Made by a program: the position numbers and the translations under genes. From the sequence record OP752703.1: a stretch of 64,000 bases of DNA; one strand, given 5' to 3'. Position 1 is the stretch's first letter. Every line of letters starts with the position of its first letter. Below the pieces are notes generated by a model, which was given only the letters and a program-made list of their open reading frames with translations, searched no databases and was not told the DNA's origin. Positions 36,718-46,001 of this stretch are shown here, piece after piece.

Positions 36718-39366
36718 ATGTATATTAGCGCACAAACAACCAGAAACATGAAACAAGTCATGGTGTGGGAGCGCGTAGAAGAGGGTAGGGTATTGAATTA
36801 TTACCCTGCCCCTTTTTATTTCTACGTACCACATCACGAAGGTAAGTTCAAGGATATTCACGGTACGCCACTAAAGCGTCTCGACTTTGAAGACTACCAA
36901 GAAATGAAAGCGGTTCGTGATCGTTACCGCCTAATGGGCGAGAAGACCTATGAATCCGATATTGCCCTTGACCAGAAGATTCTCGCTGAGAAATACTATG
37001 GCAAGAGAGGCACTGTAGACCCCCATATTTCGTTCTTCGATATCGAAGTAGACTATGACCGTGTGCAGGGCTTCGACCCCAAGACTGACCGCTACGCGGC
37101 GATCAGCGCTATCTCCCTGTTCCATTTTTGGAGCAGAAAGTCGTACATGCTTCTTCTATCTCCGCATAAGAGTAAGTACGAACCCGGTCCAGAGTGGACC
37201 TTGGATATGCTTTCAGAAGATACCAAGTCCAGAGCAGAAATCATTTTCTGTGACAATGAAGCCGAGCTAATCTTGAAGTTCTTTGAGCTAATCGAAGACA
37301 CCGATATTATCTCTGGATGGAACTCTGAGGGATTCGACGTACCTTACGTATACGAGCGTTGCATCATGCACTTCGGTAACGAAGGAAAGAAGATGTGGGG
37401 CTTTGATGGTGCTAGAGAGCCGTACTACAAGGAAATTGAAGGTAAGTTCGGTCAGAAGGATCAGGTTCTAGAAATCTTCGGACGTGAACACATCGACTAC
37501 CTACGAGCTTTCCAGAAGTTTGAAATGTCCATGCGACCTTCCTATTCTCTAGAGGCTATCTCCGACGAGATTCTTCCAGAGCTAAAGAAGCTAGACTACG
37601 ATGGTACTCTATACCAGCTATACCGTGAAAACTTTGAGCGTTTCGTTCAATACGGTATTCGAGATTCGGAATGTCTAGAAGGTTTCGAGGACAAGCTTGG
37701 TTATGTCCGTCTAGCCGTCCAGCTAACCCGTGGTTCAACAACTCACTTGAAGAACGTAATGGGTACGTTGAAGGTAGTAGAATGCGCAATCATTAACTAC
37801 TGCCACAAGGAACTAAACTTCATTGTTCCTGACGCGGTAGAGATTGAGACAACTGGTGAGAAATTCACTGGTGCTGCGGTTCTAAAGCCTAGGGTAGGAT
37901 TGCATAGCTTCGTCGGTGCAGTCGATATTAACTCGCTATATCCGTCAGCAATTCGTACAGTAAACATCAGTCCAGAAACAATCATTGGTCAGTTCTTCTC
38001 TAACCACAAGGCGTTTGAATCAATCATCGCCAAGAGTCAGGAAGAGATTTACCTTCGTTATGAAAATGGTGATGTAGAGAGTAAAACCGGTGCTGAGTGG
38101 TATGCCATTCTTCGTGAGAGGAATTGGACTGTCTCAGGCTACGGTACAGTATTCAATCAGCAGACTCGCGGCTTCTTGCCTAATATTCTTGCAGACTGGT
38201 ACAGCCAGCGTAAGGGTTACCAGAAGAAGGCGAAGGGATTGAAGAAGGAAATGGGCGACCTTGTAAAGGGTAGCGAAGAATACAACAAAATGAAGGTGGA
38301 GCAGGAATACTATGACCGCCTACAGTATGTTTACAAGATTCTTCTAAACTCTTCGTATGGTGCGCTAGGTAATAAGTTCTTCAAATTCTTCGACGTTCGT
38401 TTGGCAGAGTCAACGACTCGTTCAGGTAGAGCAATTCTATTCCACATGGTGGCTAAGGTTGCAGAGCTATTGGACGGAACGTATGCCCCACCGATTCGTA
38501 CAGTTGACGAAAAGGGTAAGGAAATCTTCCTACCTGCATCAGAATGTACGGTCTACGGAGATACCGACTCCTGTTACTTTGCAACGTATGCTGAAAACTT
38601 GGAAGAAGCAATGGCGATCTGTGATGCTGTTGAATCCGAAACTAACGACTCATTCGAGGCGTATTGTAAGGAAGCATTCAACTCCGATCACAACGTAATT
38701 GCTGCTGGTCTTGACCTTGTATCTGATCGATGCATTTTCATTAAACCGAAAATGTATATCATGCATCTTGATTGGTTCGATGGTTCCTATGTCGATAAGA
38801 TGAAAGTCATGGGTCTACAGATCAAGAAGACCACCATTCCTAAGCAGATCGGTACAGATTTGACGAAGTTCGTTGAACGTATCTTGAAGAAAGAAGACTG
38901 GCGTAAAATTCAGGAAGATATCGTAGAGTACAAGGATTCGATTCGCAATCGTGAAAATGTACTAGATATTGGTATTCCGGGCGGTATTAAGGGAATTGAA
39001 GATTACACCATGCGCTATCTTGCTAAGGAAGAAGGTCTACGAATCCCAAGCCATATCTCCGCATCGATTCTATACAACGCATGTCTAGAAGCCTATGACG
39101 ACAAGGATAGCCCGAAGATCGTTTCCGGTTCAAAGATTAAGAGTTACGTTTTAACTACACCTATGAACGAATTCAAGAGAATTGCTTTGCCTACGGACCT
39201 AAAGACCCCACCGGCATGGTTCATTGAACACTTTATAGGAAACATTGATAGGGATGGACAGGCGTTACGCTTGATTGATAAGCCACTTTCCCCTATACTT
39301 ACAGCAATTGGCGAAATCATCCCGACAAAGAAAAGCTTGTTGTTCGATGATCTAGTCTTCTATTAA
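36718..39366 (+). CDS. gp43: Family B DNA polymerase with 3'-5' exonuclease
   Basis: FFDIEV, GWNSEGFDVPY, DINSLYPS, KILLNSSYG, YGDTDS. Confidence 0.97.
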   Translation: MYISAQTTRNMKQVMVWERVEEGRVLNYYPAPFYFYVPHHEGKFKDIHGTPLKRLDFEDYQEMKAVRDRYRLMGEKTYESDIALDQKILAEKYYGKRGTVDPHISFFDIEVDYDRVQGFDPKTDRYAAISAISLFHFWSRKSYMLLLSPHKSKYEPGPEWTLDMLSEDTKSRAEIIFCDNEAELILKFFELIEDTDIISGWNSEGFDVPYVYERCIMHFGNEGKKMWGFDGAREPYYKEIEGKFGQKDQVLEIFGREHIDYLRAFQKFEMSMRPSYSLEAISDEILPELKKLDYDGTLYQLYRENFERFVQYGIRDSECLEGFEDKLGYVRLAVQLTRGSTTHLKNVMGTLKVVECAIINYCHKELNFIVPDAVEIETTGEKFTGAAVLKPRVGLHSFVGAVDINSLYPSAIRTVNISPETIIGQFFSNHKAFESIIAKSQEEIYLRYENGDVESKTGAEWYAILRERNWTVSGYGTVFNQQTRGFLPNILADWYSQRKGYQKKAKGLKKEMGDLVKGSEEYNKMKVEQEYYDRLQYVYKILLNSSYGALGNKFFKFFDVRLAESTTRSGRAILFHMVAKVAELLDGTYAPPIRTVDEKGKEIFLPASECTVYGDTDSCYFATYAENLEEAMAICDAVESETNDSFEAYCKEAFNSDHNVIAAGLDLVSDRCIFIKPKMYIMHLDWFDGSYVDKMKVMGLQIKKTTIPKQIGTDLTKFVERILKKEDWRKIQEDIVEYKDSIRNRENVLDIGIPGGIKGIEDYTMRYLAKEEGLRIPSHISASILYNACLEAYDDKDSPKIVSGSKIKSYVLTTPMNEFKRIALPTDLKTPPAWFIEHFIGNIDRDGQALRLIDKPLSPILTAIGEIIPTKKSLLFDDLVFY

Positions 39367-39382
39367 GGATTAACCACAAAAT

Positions 39383-40138
39383 ATGTCAGCAGTAAAACTA
39401 CCCAAAACGGTAGTCAGCACCTTGACCGATTCGGTCGAGGTTGCTGGACTACTAGGAATCAACAGCATTGTTCTAGACGGCCATTCAGTTCGTGGTCGCC
39501 ATCATGAAGCCGGTACGATTTTCGTAATGAATTTCGATGCGGATACCGAATGGGAATTCGGTGCCATCGGCATCACTCGTATTCCTGAGCTATCGAAGCG
39601 CTTGAATCTAATGAAGACTCGCGGTGATGATTTCACTATCGAAGCTGAACTAAAGACTCGCGGTGAAGACGTAACCTACGCTGGTCGTCTAACCCTAAAG
39701 CATGCCAAGACTAAAGTCGAGTACAAGTGCGGTGATCCGACACTAATCAAGGCTCCAAAGGGCCTAGCCGACGAAGAATATTTCACTTGCGCACTAACCC
39801 GTGATGATATTAAGTTCATCAAGAGCGCGAATAGTGCAATGGGTGCGGACAAGCTAATCTTCTCAAATCCAAAGGACACTGACAACTTCGTTATCTCTAT
39901 TCCGAATAAGGAAGATGAAAAGGTTGTCCACGAAACCGATGGTGTTGTTGGTTATCTATCGGATGCCACTAGCTTTAGCTTCGCTTACGATTCAAAGATT
40001 CTAATCATGGCAATTAACTCCATGGAAAAGATTCTTCGTAAGGATGATCTAGATGCTCTAGAAATGAAGATCACCCGTCGCGGTGTCCTCACCTTCCCTG
40101 TCAAGGGAATTACTACATATATCATTCCAAGTCCATAA
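39383..40138 (+). CDS. Probable sliding clamp / processivity factor
   Basis: 251 aa, directly after the polymerase, beta-rich pattern compatible with a gp45/PCNA fold; no diagnostic motif. Confidence 0.5.
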   Translation: MSAVKLPKTVVSTLTDSVEVAGLLGINSIVLDGHSVRGRHHEAGTIFVMNFDADTEWEFGAIGITRIPELSKRLNLMKTRGDDFTIEAELKTRGEDVTYAGRLTLKHAKTKVEYKCGDPTLIKAPKGLADEEYFTCALTRDDIKFIKSANSAMGADKLIFSNPKDTDNFVISIPNKEDEKVVHETDGVVGYLSDATSFSFAYDSKILIMAINSMEKILRKDDLDALEMKITRRGVLTFPVKGITTYIIPSP

Positions 40139-40149
40139 GGAGACACAAA

Positions 40150-40800
40150 ATGAGTGTTAAAGAACAAGGATTCTTCACCAGACTATTCCAGTCTGGTAAG
40201 GAACAAAATGAATACATCGAAGCTCTACTAACTGAAATTCTTGAAAGAAAGAAGCCAGAAGTAGAAGCTTTGGTTAAGGAAATTGCCGACTCGCACCTAC
40301 TACAGGTAACACAGATGGAAATCGATGCACGCCTAAAGCTAGAGAAGGAAGCGGAAGAAGCTGAAAAAGAACGTATAAAGAATCACATTACAAGTAAGGA
40401 ACCGTGGTTTGAAGTAATCGATTATCGTGGTGATCTAAGCTCAGAAACTAACTACCGTTGGAATCAGGCTTTCATCGACAGTGTAGCGGTTACCCATGGT
40501 TGGCATGGGCTGGGTCCAAAGGAAATCTTCAAGAGGTTTCTTGCAGAAAGGGACTACCAACAGCGCCTCGCCATTATCCAAGAAGAAAGAGACAAGCACA
40601 TGGATGACCCGACCCCGTGGTTTGAATGGACGGTAAAGGGAATCTCCGATGAAGGCTATCCGGTTCATATGGAATGGAATCCGGCATTCATTTCTCACCT
40701 ACGTGAGCAAGGTTTCGCAGGACGTAACGAAGATGAAATTGTGAAGCTATGGCTGTCTCGCATGGTACGCTTCACCCCACAGAGTGATACACATGAGTAA
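40150..40800 (+). CDS. Hypothetical protein with an internal domain duplication
   Basis: EPWFEV..WNQAFI..GWHG..KEIFKRFL vs TPWFEW..WNPAFI..GFAG..DEIVKLWL. Confidence 0.65.
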   Translation: MSVKEQGFFTRLFQSGKEQNEYIEALLTEILERKKPEVEALVKEIADSHLLQVTQMEIDARLKLEKEAEEAEKERIKNHITSKEPWFEVIDYRGDLSSETNYRWNQAFIDSVAVTHGWHGLGPKEIFKRFLAERDYQQRLAIIQEERDKHMDDPTPWFEWTVKGISDEGYPVHMEWNPAFISHLREQGFAGRNEDEIVKLWLSRMVRFTPQSDTHE

Positions 40801-41752
40801 AACATACCTACTTATTGACGCCAGTAACTTCCTTTATAAGACTTTCTTCAAGCATATTAAGGAATCCTTGGATGTTAGTATTTCGGTATGTCATCACGTC
40901 ACTCTAATGAGCATTAACAAATACTTTAAAAAGTACAAAGTTGATGAAGTGGTGGTTGCATTTGACGCATACTCTTGGAGAAAGACTTACACTTCCGATC
41001 CAGAGTTGTGCGTCACGCACCAAAAATACAAGGGGAATCGTCGTAGTGATATGTCCCCTACTGACAAGGAAAAGATGCAGAAGTTTGATGAACATATTCC
41101 TCAGTTCAAAGAGCTATTTCAAACTCTAACAAACTGCATCGTTCTATACGAAGATATGCTAGAGGCTGACGATCTGATTGCGGGATTCATCCAGATGCAT
41201 CCAGACGATAAGCACATTCTACTAAGCGCGGATAAGGACTTCATGCAGCTTCTAGTTAGAAATGATCTTCGCCTGATTAGCCCGGTTGATGACAAGGAAA
41301 GGACTCTAGAGGAATTTGATAATGATCCATATTATTTCATGTTCCAGAAGTGTTTCCGTGGTGATCGCGGTGATAATGTAATGAGTGCATATCCGAGACT
41401 TCGTGAAACTAAATTGAAGGCAGCATACACCGATCCACTACTGCGTACAAATCTAATGCAGAACGAGTTCAACATTATGGTCAACAAAGATAGCGGAATG
41501 CCAGAAGAACGAACCTATCTAACTGCTGACGTTTATGAAGAAAATGAACTGTTGATGGATTTAACGAAACAGCCTGATACTATCAGAGCCTTAATTGAAA
41601 AGTCAATCAATAATTCTCTTGCTAATAGAGGTAAGTTCAACTATATCGAATTCTTACGCTACTGTAGTAAGTACGAACTGGAAAACATTAGAAGAATGGC
41701 CGACGACTTCATTCCAATGCTAACATGCGGTTCAAAGAAAAAGGGAGCTTAA
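40793..41752 (+). CDS. rnh: RNase H / 5'-3' exonuclease (T4 rnh-like)
   Basis: LLIDASN, VAFD..SWRK, YKGNR, EADDLIA, SADKDFMQL, GDRGDNV. Confidence 0.92.
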   Translation: MSKTYLLIDASNFLYKTFFKHIKESLDVSISVCHHVTLMSINKYFKKYKVDEVVVAFDAYSWRKTYTSDPELCVTHQKYKGNRRSDMSPTDKEKMQKFDEHIPQFKELFQTLTNCIVLYEDMLEADDLIAGFIQMHPDDKHILLSADKDFMQLLVRNDLRLISPVDDKERTLEEFDNDPYYFMFQKCFRGDRGDNVMSAYPRLRETKLKAAYTDPLLRTNLMQNEFNIMVNKDSGMPEERTYLTADVYEENELLMDLTKQPDTIRALIEKSINNSLANRGKFNYIEFLRYCSKYELENIRRMADDFIPMLTCGSKKKGA

Positions 41753-41765
41753 TGCTCCCTTTTTT
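41738..41765. terminator. Bidirectional intrinsic terminator
   Basis: AAAAAGGGAGC-TTAAT-GCTCCCTTTTTT between convergent genes. Confidence 0.85.
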
Positions 41766-42138
41766 ATTCACTGTCTTTCTTTACATGTGGGCTATTGTCC
41801 CATTTCCTACTTGTTCCCGTATACAGTGCGAAGATTGCACTGGACAGACCTATAATGATAGTAACGAAAGCAGTCTGCTCGCTAGTAGGCCCACCTGTTG
41901 TTCCAATCACCCCGCATGCCAATTCCTTAACCATTGCCATAGTCTGACCCTTAGCTAATAGAATTTCGAATAGAGCAGCATCGCATTTAATTTGAACATA
42001 AGTTGGGATTGATTTATACCACTGGTATAAACTCCACACTAGATATGAATACGAGATAATAATGAAACGTGGTACAACGCGCCATATGTCAAAAGATTCT
42101 GCTAGAAGATACGCTATTTTTCTGAACTTTTCCATCAT
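41764..42138 (-). CDS. Two-TM membrane protein, possible holin
   Basis: FDIWRVVPRFIIISYSYLVW..AFVTIIIGLSSAIFALY; ATAAATA at 42164-42170 (minus). Confidence 0.45.
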   Translation of the reverse strand: MMEKFRKIAYLLAESFDIWRVVPRFIIISYSYLVWSLYQWYKSIPTYVQIKCDAALFEILLAKGQTMAMVKELACGVIGTTGGPTSEQTAFVTIIIGLSSAIFALYTGTSRKWDNSPHVKKDSE

Positions 42139-42175
42139 GGCCTCAACAATAATGCTATAATTTTATTTATAAAGT

Positions 42176-43303
42176 ATGTCAGAAATAGATGATATTCTCC
42201 TATTAATGGAGACTGAAAATCGCTTTGAGGACGAAGAAGCCGAAGAAAAATACTCGGAGATACAAGAGCCTAAGATTCGCAAGGCAACTCCCGTGCGAAA
42301 GCTGTACGCTAAAGTCCCAAAGAAAGGCACTAAGGAATACGAAACGTATCGCCGAAAGTGTATGAACGGAACTATCCGTAAGCGTGGGCGACCATTTGAT
42401 CCAGAAGTCCTTAAACGTAATAAGGAAGCTGAGAGGAAAAAATATCTGCTAGCATACTATAAGAAGTATCGTGCAGATAAAAGGAAAGAGTTCCTTTTGA
42501 TGAAAAAGGAGAAGGAACGTCTTGAAAGAGAAATGGGATTACTTGCCCCCAAGGTACGTAAGAAGCGTAAGCGAAGGCTTAAAGATTTCTTGCCTTATGA
42601 AAGTGCCATGGATATTGTAAGATATGAGGGAATCAAATCCGTAAAGCAATACAAGACTTGGTACAAATTCAATAGACCCGGTATGTTGCCCGCCGATCCT
42701 GCCGAACATTATAGAAAAACTGGTAATTGGAATGGATGGGGTTCTTTCCTAGGAACGTCTAACACATATCCTCAATACGAGAAGATTAAGTGGCGTCCTT
42801 ATAATGAATGTGTTGCTTATGCACAGACATTAGGTAATATCAATACAATGAAGGAATGGATTGCATACGGTCTAGAGGGGAAACATCCAAAGGATGTTCC
42901 CACAAGACCTGACATAGTTTACCGAAAGTATGGTAATCAATGGGTATCATGGAATATCTTCTTACGTAAAAAGGGGCAGATCAATTCCATGCAGTATGCT
43001 ATTTCACAGAATACGCCAGTATTGTATGTTCTGAAACTAGATGATCCTACGAATACTAAGCTGTATCGTATTGGTGTAACGATTGGTGGTGTGTCTTCTA
43101 TCAGGGATGCTATTAGGAAGTATGATCTAGCCTATGTGGAATCCTTCAAGATTGACCACGGCTTTGACTGGAAGACTTATATCTCCCGTCTAGCCTCTCC
43201 GCATTGGGATGGTAATGGAATATACGAGGTTCCGAACATTTATGAACTGAACCTCGCACTCGGTCAAGTAGGTATCAGGATTGATCCATCAGAATTAGCT
43301 TAA
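42176..43303 (+). CDS. Basic protein with two integrase-repeat-like units and a GIY-YIG-like tail; possible homing-endonuclease derivative
   Basis: FLPYESA..IKSVKQY..LPADP..W.GWGSFLG and WRPYNEC..DVPTRPD..W.SWNIFL; LYVLKL..YRIGVT. Confidence 0.55.
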   Translation: MSEIDDILLLMETENRFEDEEAEEKYSEIQEPKIRKATPVRKLYAKVPKKGTKEYETYRRKCMNGTIRKRGRPFDPEVLKRNKEAERKKYLLAYYKKYRADKRKEFLLMKKEKERLEREMGLLAPKVRKKRKRRLKDFLPYESAMDIVRYEGIKSVKQYKTWYKFNRPGMLPADPAEHYRKTGNWNGWGSFLGTSNTYPQYEKIKWRPYNECVAYAQTLGNINTMKEWIAYGLEGKHPKDVPTRPDIVYRKYGNQWVSWNIFLRKKGQINSMQYAISQNTPVLYVLKLDDPTNTKLYRIGVTIGGVSSIRDAIRKYDLAYVESFKIDHGFDWKTYISRLASPHWDGNGIYEVPNIYELNLALGQVGIRIDPSELA

Positions 43304-43712
43304 CTTTAGCATCAACTTCGGCGACGATATCCTTATGGATATCTCGACCGAAGGCTTGATATTCATCATTAGTTAACCAACATACATCGCCAGTCTCGTA
43401 ATGATATTGACCAAAATGATCCATATCAATGACGCGACAAGTGTAAACGAACATCTTTCGGAATTCGCCAATGTATGTAATTTGGTCATCTGCAATATTT
43501 TCATCAAGCAGACCAAGCTCTTCGTGTCCTTCACGAAGAGCAACAACCATTGCGTCGTCTTCCCCATCATCGAAGCGTCCCTTTGCAATCTGCCAATCAC
43601 TTCCCCCATATTCCGGGTCAGAGGGTTTCATAAACATGTAAAGGATGGTAGAATCCTCATCCACGAAGAACGGGACAATTCCTGCACGATAGCCTTTATA
43701 TTTCTTGCTCAC
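43275..43712 (-). CDS. Nudix hydrolase
   Basis: KGRFDDGEDDAMVVALREGHEELGL Nudix box. Confidence 0.85.
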   Translation of the reverse strand: MSKKYKGYRAGIVPFFVDEDSTILYMFMKPSDPEYGGSDWQIAKGRFDDGEDDAMVVALREGHEELGLLDENIADDQITYIGEFRKMFVYTCRVIDMDHFGQYHYETGDVCWLTNDEYQAFGRDIHKDIVAEVDAKVKLILMDQS

Positions 43713-43777
43713 TAGTATTTTCCTTTTCTAAATAGTTTCAACTTGTAATCAAACACATCATACAGGAGATAATTACA

Positions 43778-44380
43778 ATGTCAAATATTACCAATTTCCG
43801 CCCCAACTATTTCTTCCAGTGGTCACGTCGCGTTCCTCACATCGCAGAAGCGGACATTGAAGGTAATGGTGTTGGTGTGGCTATCGCCGTAGTTGCGATC
43901 AACCCTAACAACAAAGACCTTCTATACATCCGTCTAGATCGTCTAGATGATATCGACCTTCGTCGTCTAACTCAGATTCTACAGACCCGTGACTCTGCTC
44001 GCTGGCCGCTATTCGACCTACTACTACAGAAGACTCTACCGAATGGTCAGAATGCTATGGAATTCTTCCATCAGCTAGTTCGTGTCCGTACCGTTACTGG
44101 TATCACTGCTGGTCTACCGGGTCAGACTACTGGCGGTTCAGGTGTATCTCTACATCAGATGTTCGGTCTAGGTGCTGGTTATCGTGGTCCGGCTGGTGCT
44201 GGTCAGGCTGCTTTCGCTAGCCATCTAGAATCTGCTCCGGTCGAAGCTCCGGGTGCCGTTGCTGAATACGATGATGAAGAAGGTTACGATCAGACCGATA
44301 TCGGCCATCTAGATGCATACTCGCATGCTCCGGTTGATGCAGTCAAGAAGAAGCCGGGTCGTCCTCGCAAGAATGGCTAA
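43778..44380 (+). CDS. Hypothetical late protein
   Basis: CTAAATA at 43728-43734, AGGAG RBS, strong CTA codon bias. Confidence 0.65.
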   Translation: MSNITNFRPNYFFQWSRRVPHIAEADIEGNGVGVAIAVVAINPNNKDLLYIRLDRLDDIDLRRLTQILQTRDSARWPLFDLLLQKTLPNGQNAMEFFHQLVRVRTVTGITAGLPGQTTGGSGVSLHQMFGLGAGYRGPAGAGQAAFASHLESAPVEAPGAVAEYDDEEGYDQTDIGHLDAYSHAPVDAVKKKPGRPRKNG

Positions 44381-44430
44381 TAATCAGTTCACTTGATTTC
44401 TAGCTGATCTATATAAAACATGATACAATG

Positions 44431-44463
44431 CTTCGGGTGATCTAAACAGTCACCCGAAGTTTT
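44431..44463 (+). terminator. Hairpin + T-tract upstream of the GT60-like gene
   Basis: CTTCGGGTGA-N9-TCACCCGAAG-TTTT. Confidence 0.55.
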
Positions 44464-44484
44464 ATAAAGGACAACCAAAATTAC

Positions 44485-45921
44485 ATGAATACAATTTTCG
44501 TACAAATGGCTGCATACCGTGACCCGCAGCTAGTTCCAACCCTTCTTGATATGATGAAGAATGCTGCACATCCAGAGCTACTACATGTAGGTATCTGCTG
44601 GCAGCACGGTGAAGACGAACCCACCGATATTTTCCTAGACAACGGCTTTACTATCACCGGTTTCACCGAAGTGGATTCCCGTCTAGTGGATGCGAAGACA
44701 GAAGTAACTGGTGAGAATGGTGAGAAGACTCTAGTAGTCGGCGCTCCTACTTTTACCATGGAACATACCTCTGGTGCAAAGTTTACCGTCATTGATCTAC
44801 ATTTCCACAAGACTAAGGGTGCTTGCTGGGCTAGAAATGCCATTCAGCAGCTATACACCCAAGAGAAGTACACCCTACAGCTAGACTCACACCACCGCTT
44901 CGTAGAAAATTGGGATACCGTTTCTATTGAAATGCTAGAAGGTCTACGTAGCGAAGATTGCCCGAAGCCTCTACTAACTGCCTACATTCCATCCTTCGAT
45001 CCTGAAAATGATCCGGGCGCACGTGTAATGGAACCTTGGAAGATGGACTTCGACCGCTTCATTCCAGAAGGTGCAGTATTCTTCATTCCGTCAACCATTG
45101 ATGATTGGAGAGAACGTGAAGCTCCGATGCGCGCTCGCTTCTTCTCAGCCCACTTTGCTTTCGCAGATGGTATCTTTGCAGTAGAAGTTCAGCATGATCC
45201 GCAATACTTCTTCCACGGTGAAGAAATCTCCATTGCAGTTCGCGCTTACACCCACGGTTATGATCTATTCTACCCACACCGCCTAATTGCTTGGCACGAA
45301 TACACCCGTAAGGGCCGTATCAAGGTATGGGACGATATGGATACTCCAAACCGTCTAAAGGGTCGCGTTGAGCTAGATTGGGTACAGCGTAATGACCTAT
45401 GCCATAAGCGTAACCGTATTCTATTCGGTATGGACGGTGAAGACCCGAACCAGATTGATTTCGGTAAGTATGGTTTCGGTGACAAGCGTACTCTAAAGGA
45501 TTACGAACAGTATTCCGGTCTAAGCTTCAAGTATCGTGGTGTCACTCAGGAAGTCGTAGACCGCATTGAGCCACCGGGTAACATTCCTTACGAAAGTGAC
45601 GAACAGTGGAAGGAACAGATTGTACGTTCCAATGACGTTCGAATCCTAATCAATATGAAGGAAGACGTAAAGTGGGAAGACGGTACTATCCCTGATGATA
45701 TGGACTTCTGGTACGTTGGTGCAGCACGTGAAGACCTAAGTGAAATTTTCCGTAAGGACACTCAGGAACATGAAATTGCACAATATCGTAACGGCGAATG
45801 GGCAGACTTCCGTCTAATCTGGCGCGGTAACGAAAAGCCGAAGTACTATGTCGTATGGCCTCACAGTAAGTCAAGAGGCTGGCGTCATGAACGCATCGTC
45901 CGTGAGATTCACGAACACTAA
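44485..45921 (+). CDS. GT60 / Skp1-type polypeptide GlcNAc-transferase-like protein
   Basis: TIFVQMAAYRDP, A.HPE.L.VGICWQ, GACWAR, LQLDSHHRF..WD, FFSAHFAFA, DPQYFFHGEE, RAYTHGYDLFYP, WHEY. Confidence 0.8.
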   Translation: MNTIFVQMAAYRDPQLVPTLLDMMKNAAHPELLHVGICWQHGEDEPTDIFLDNGFTITGFTEVDSRLVDAKTEVTGENGEKTLVVGAPTFTMEHTSGAKFTVIDLHFHKTKGACWARNAIQQLYTQEKYTLQLDSHHRFVENWDTVSIEMLEGLRSEDCPKPLLTAYIPSFDPENDPGARVMEPWKMDFDRFIPEGAVFFIPSTIDDWREREAPMRARFFSAHFAFADGIFAVEVQHDPQYFFHGEEISIAVRAYTHGYDLFYPHRLIAWHEYTRKGRIKVWDDMDTPNRLKGRVELDWVQRNDLCHKRNRILFGMDGEDPNQIDFGKYGFGDKRTLKDYEQYSGLSFKYRGVTQEVVDRIEPPGNIPYESDEQWKEQIVRSNDVRILINMKEDVKWEDGTIPDDMDFWYVGAAREDLSEIFRKDTQEHEIAQYRNGEWADFRLIWRGNEKPKYYVVWPHSKSRGWRHERIVREIHEH

Positions 45922-45962
45922 GTAATAAAAGTTTGGGCCGGGTTCATAAGAATCCGGCCCAA

Positions 45963-45969
45963 ATAAATA
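45963..45969 (+). promoter_or_regulatory. Late-type box ATAAATA after a hairpin (45935-45960), upstream of the carbamoyltransferase
   Basis: Seen directly. Confidence 0.5.
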
Positions 45970-46001
45970 GTAGCGTACAATATTAATCGGTGCTACTTTA
46001 A

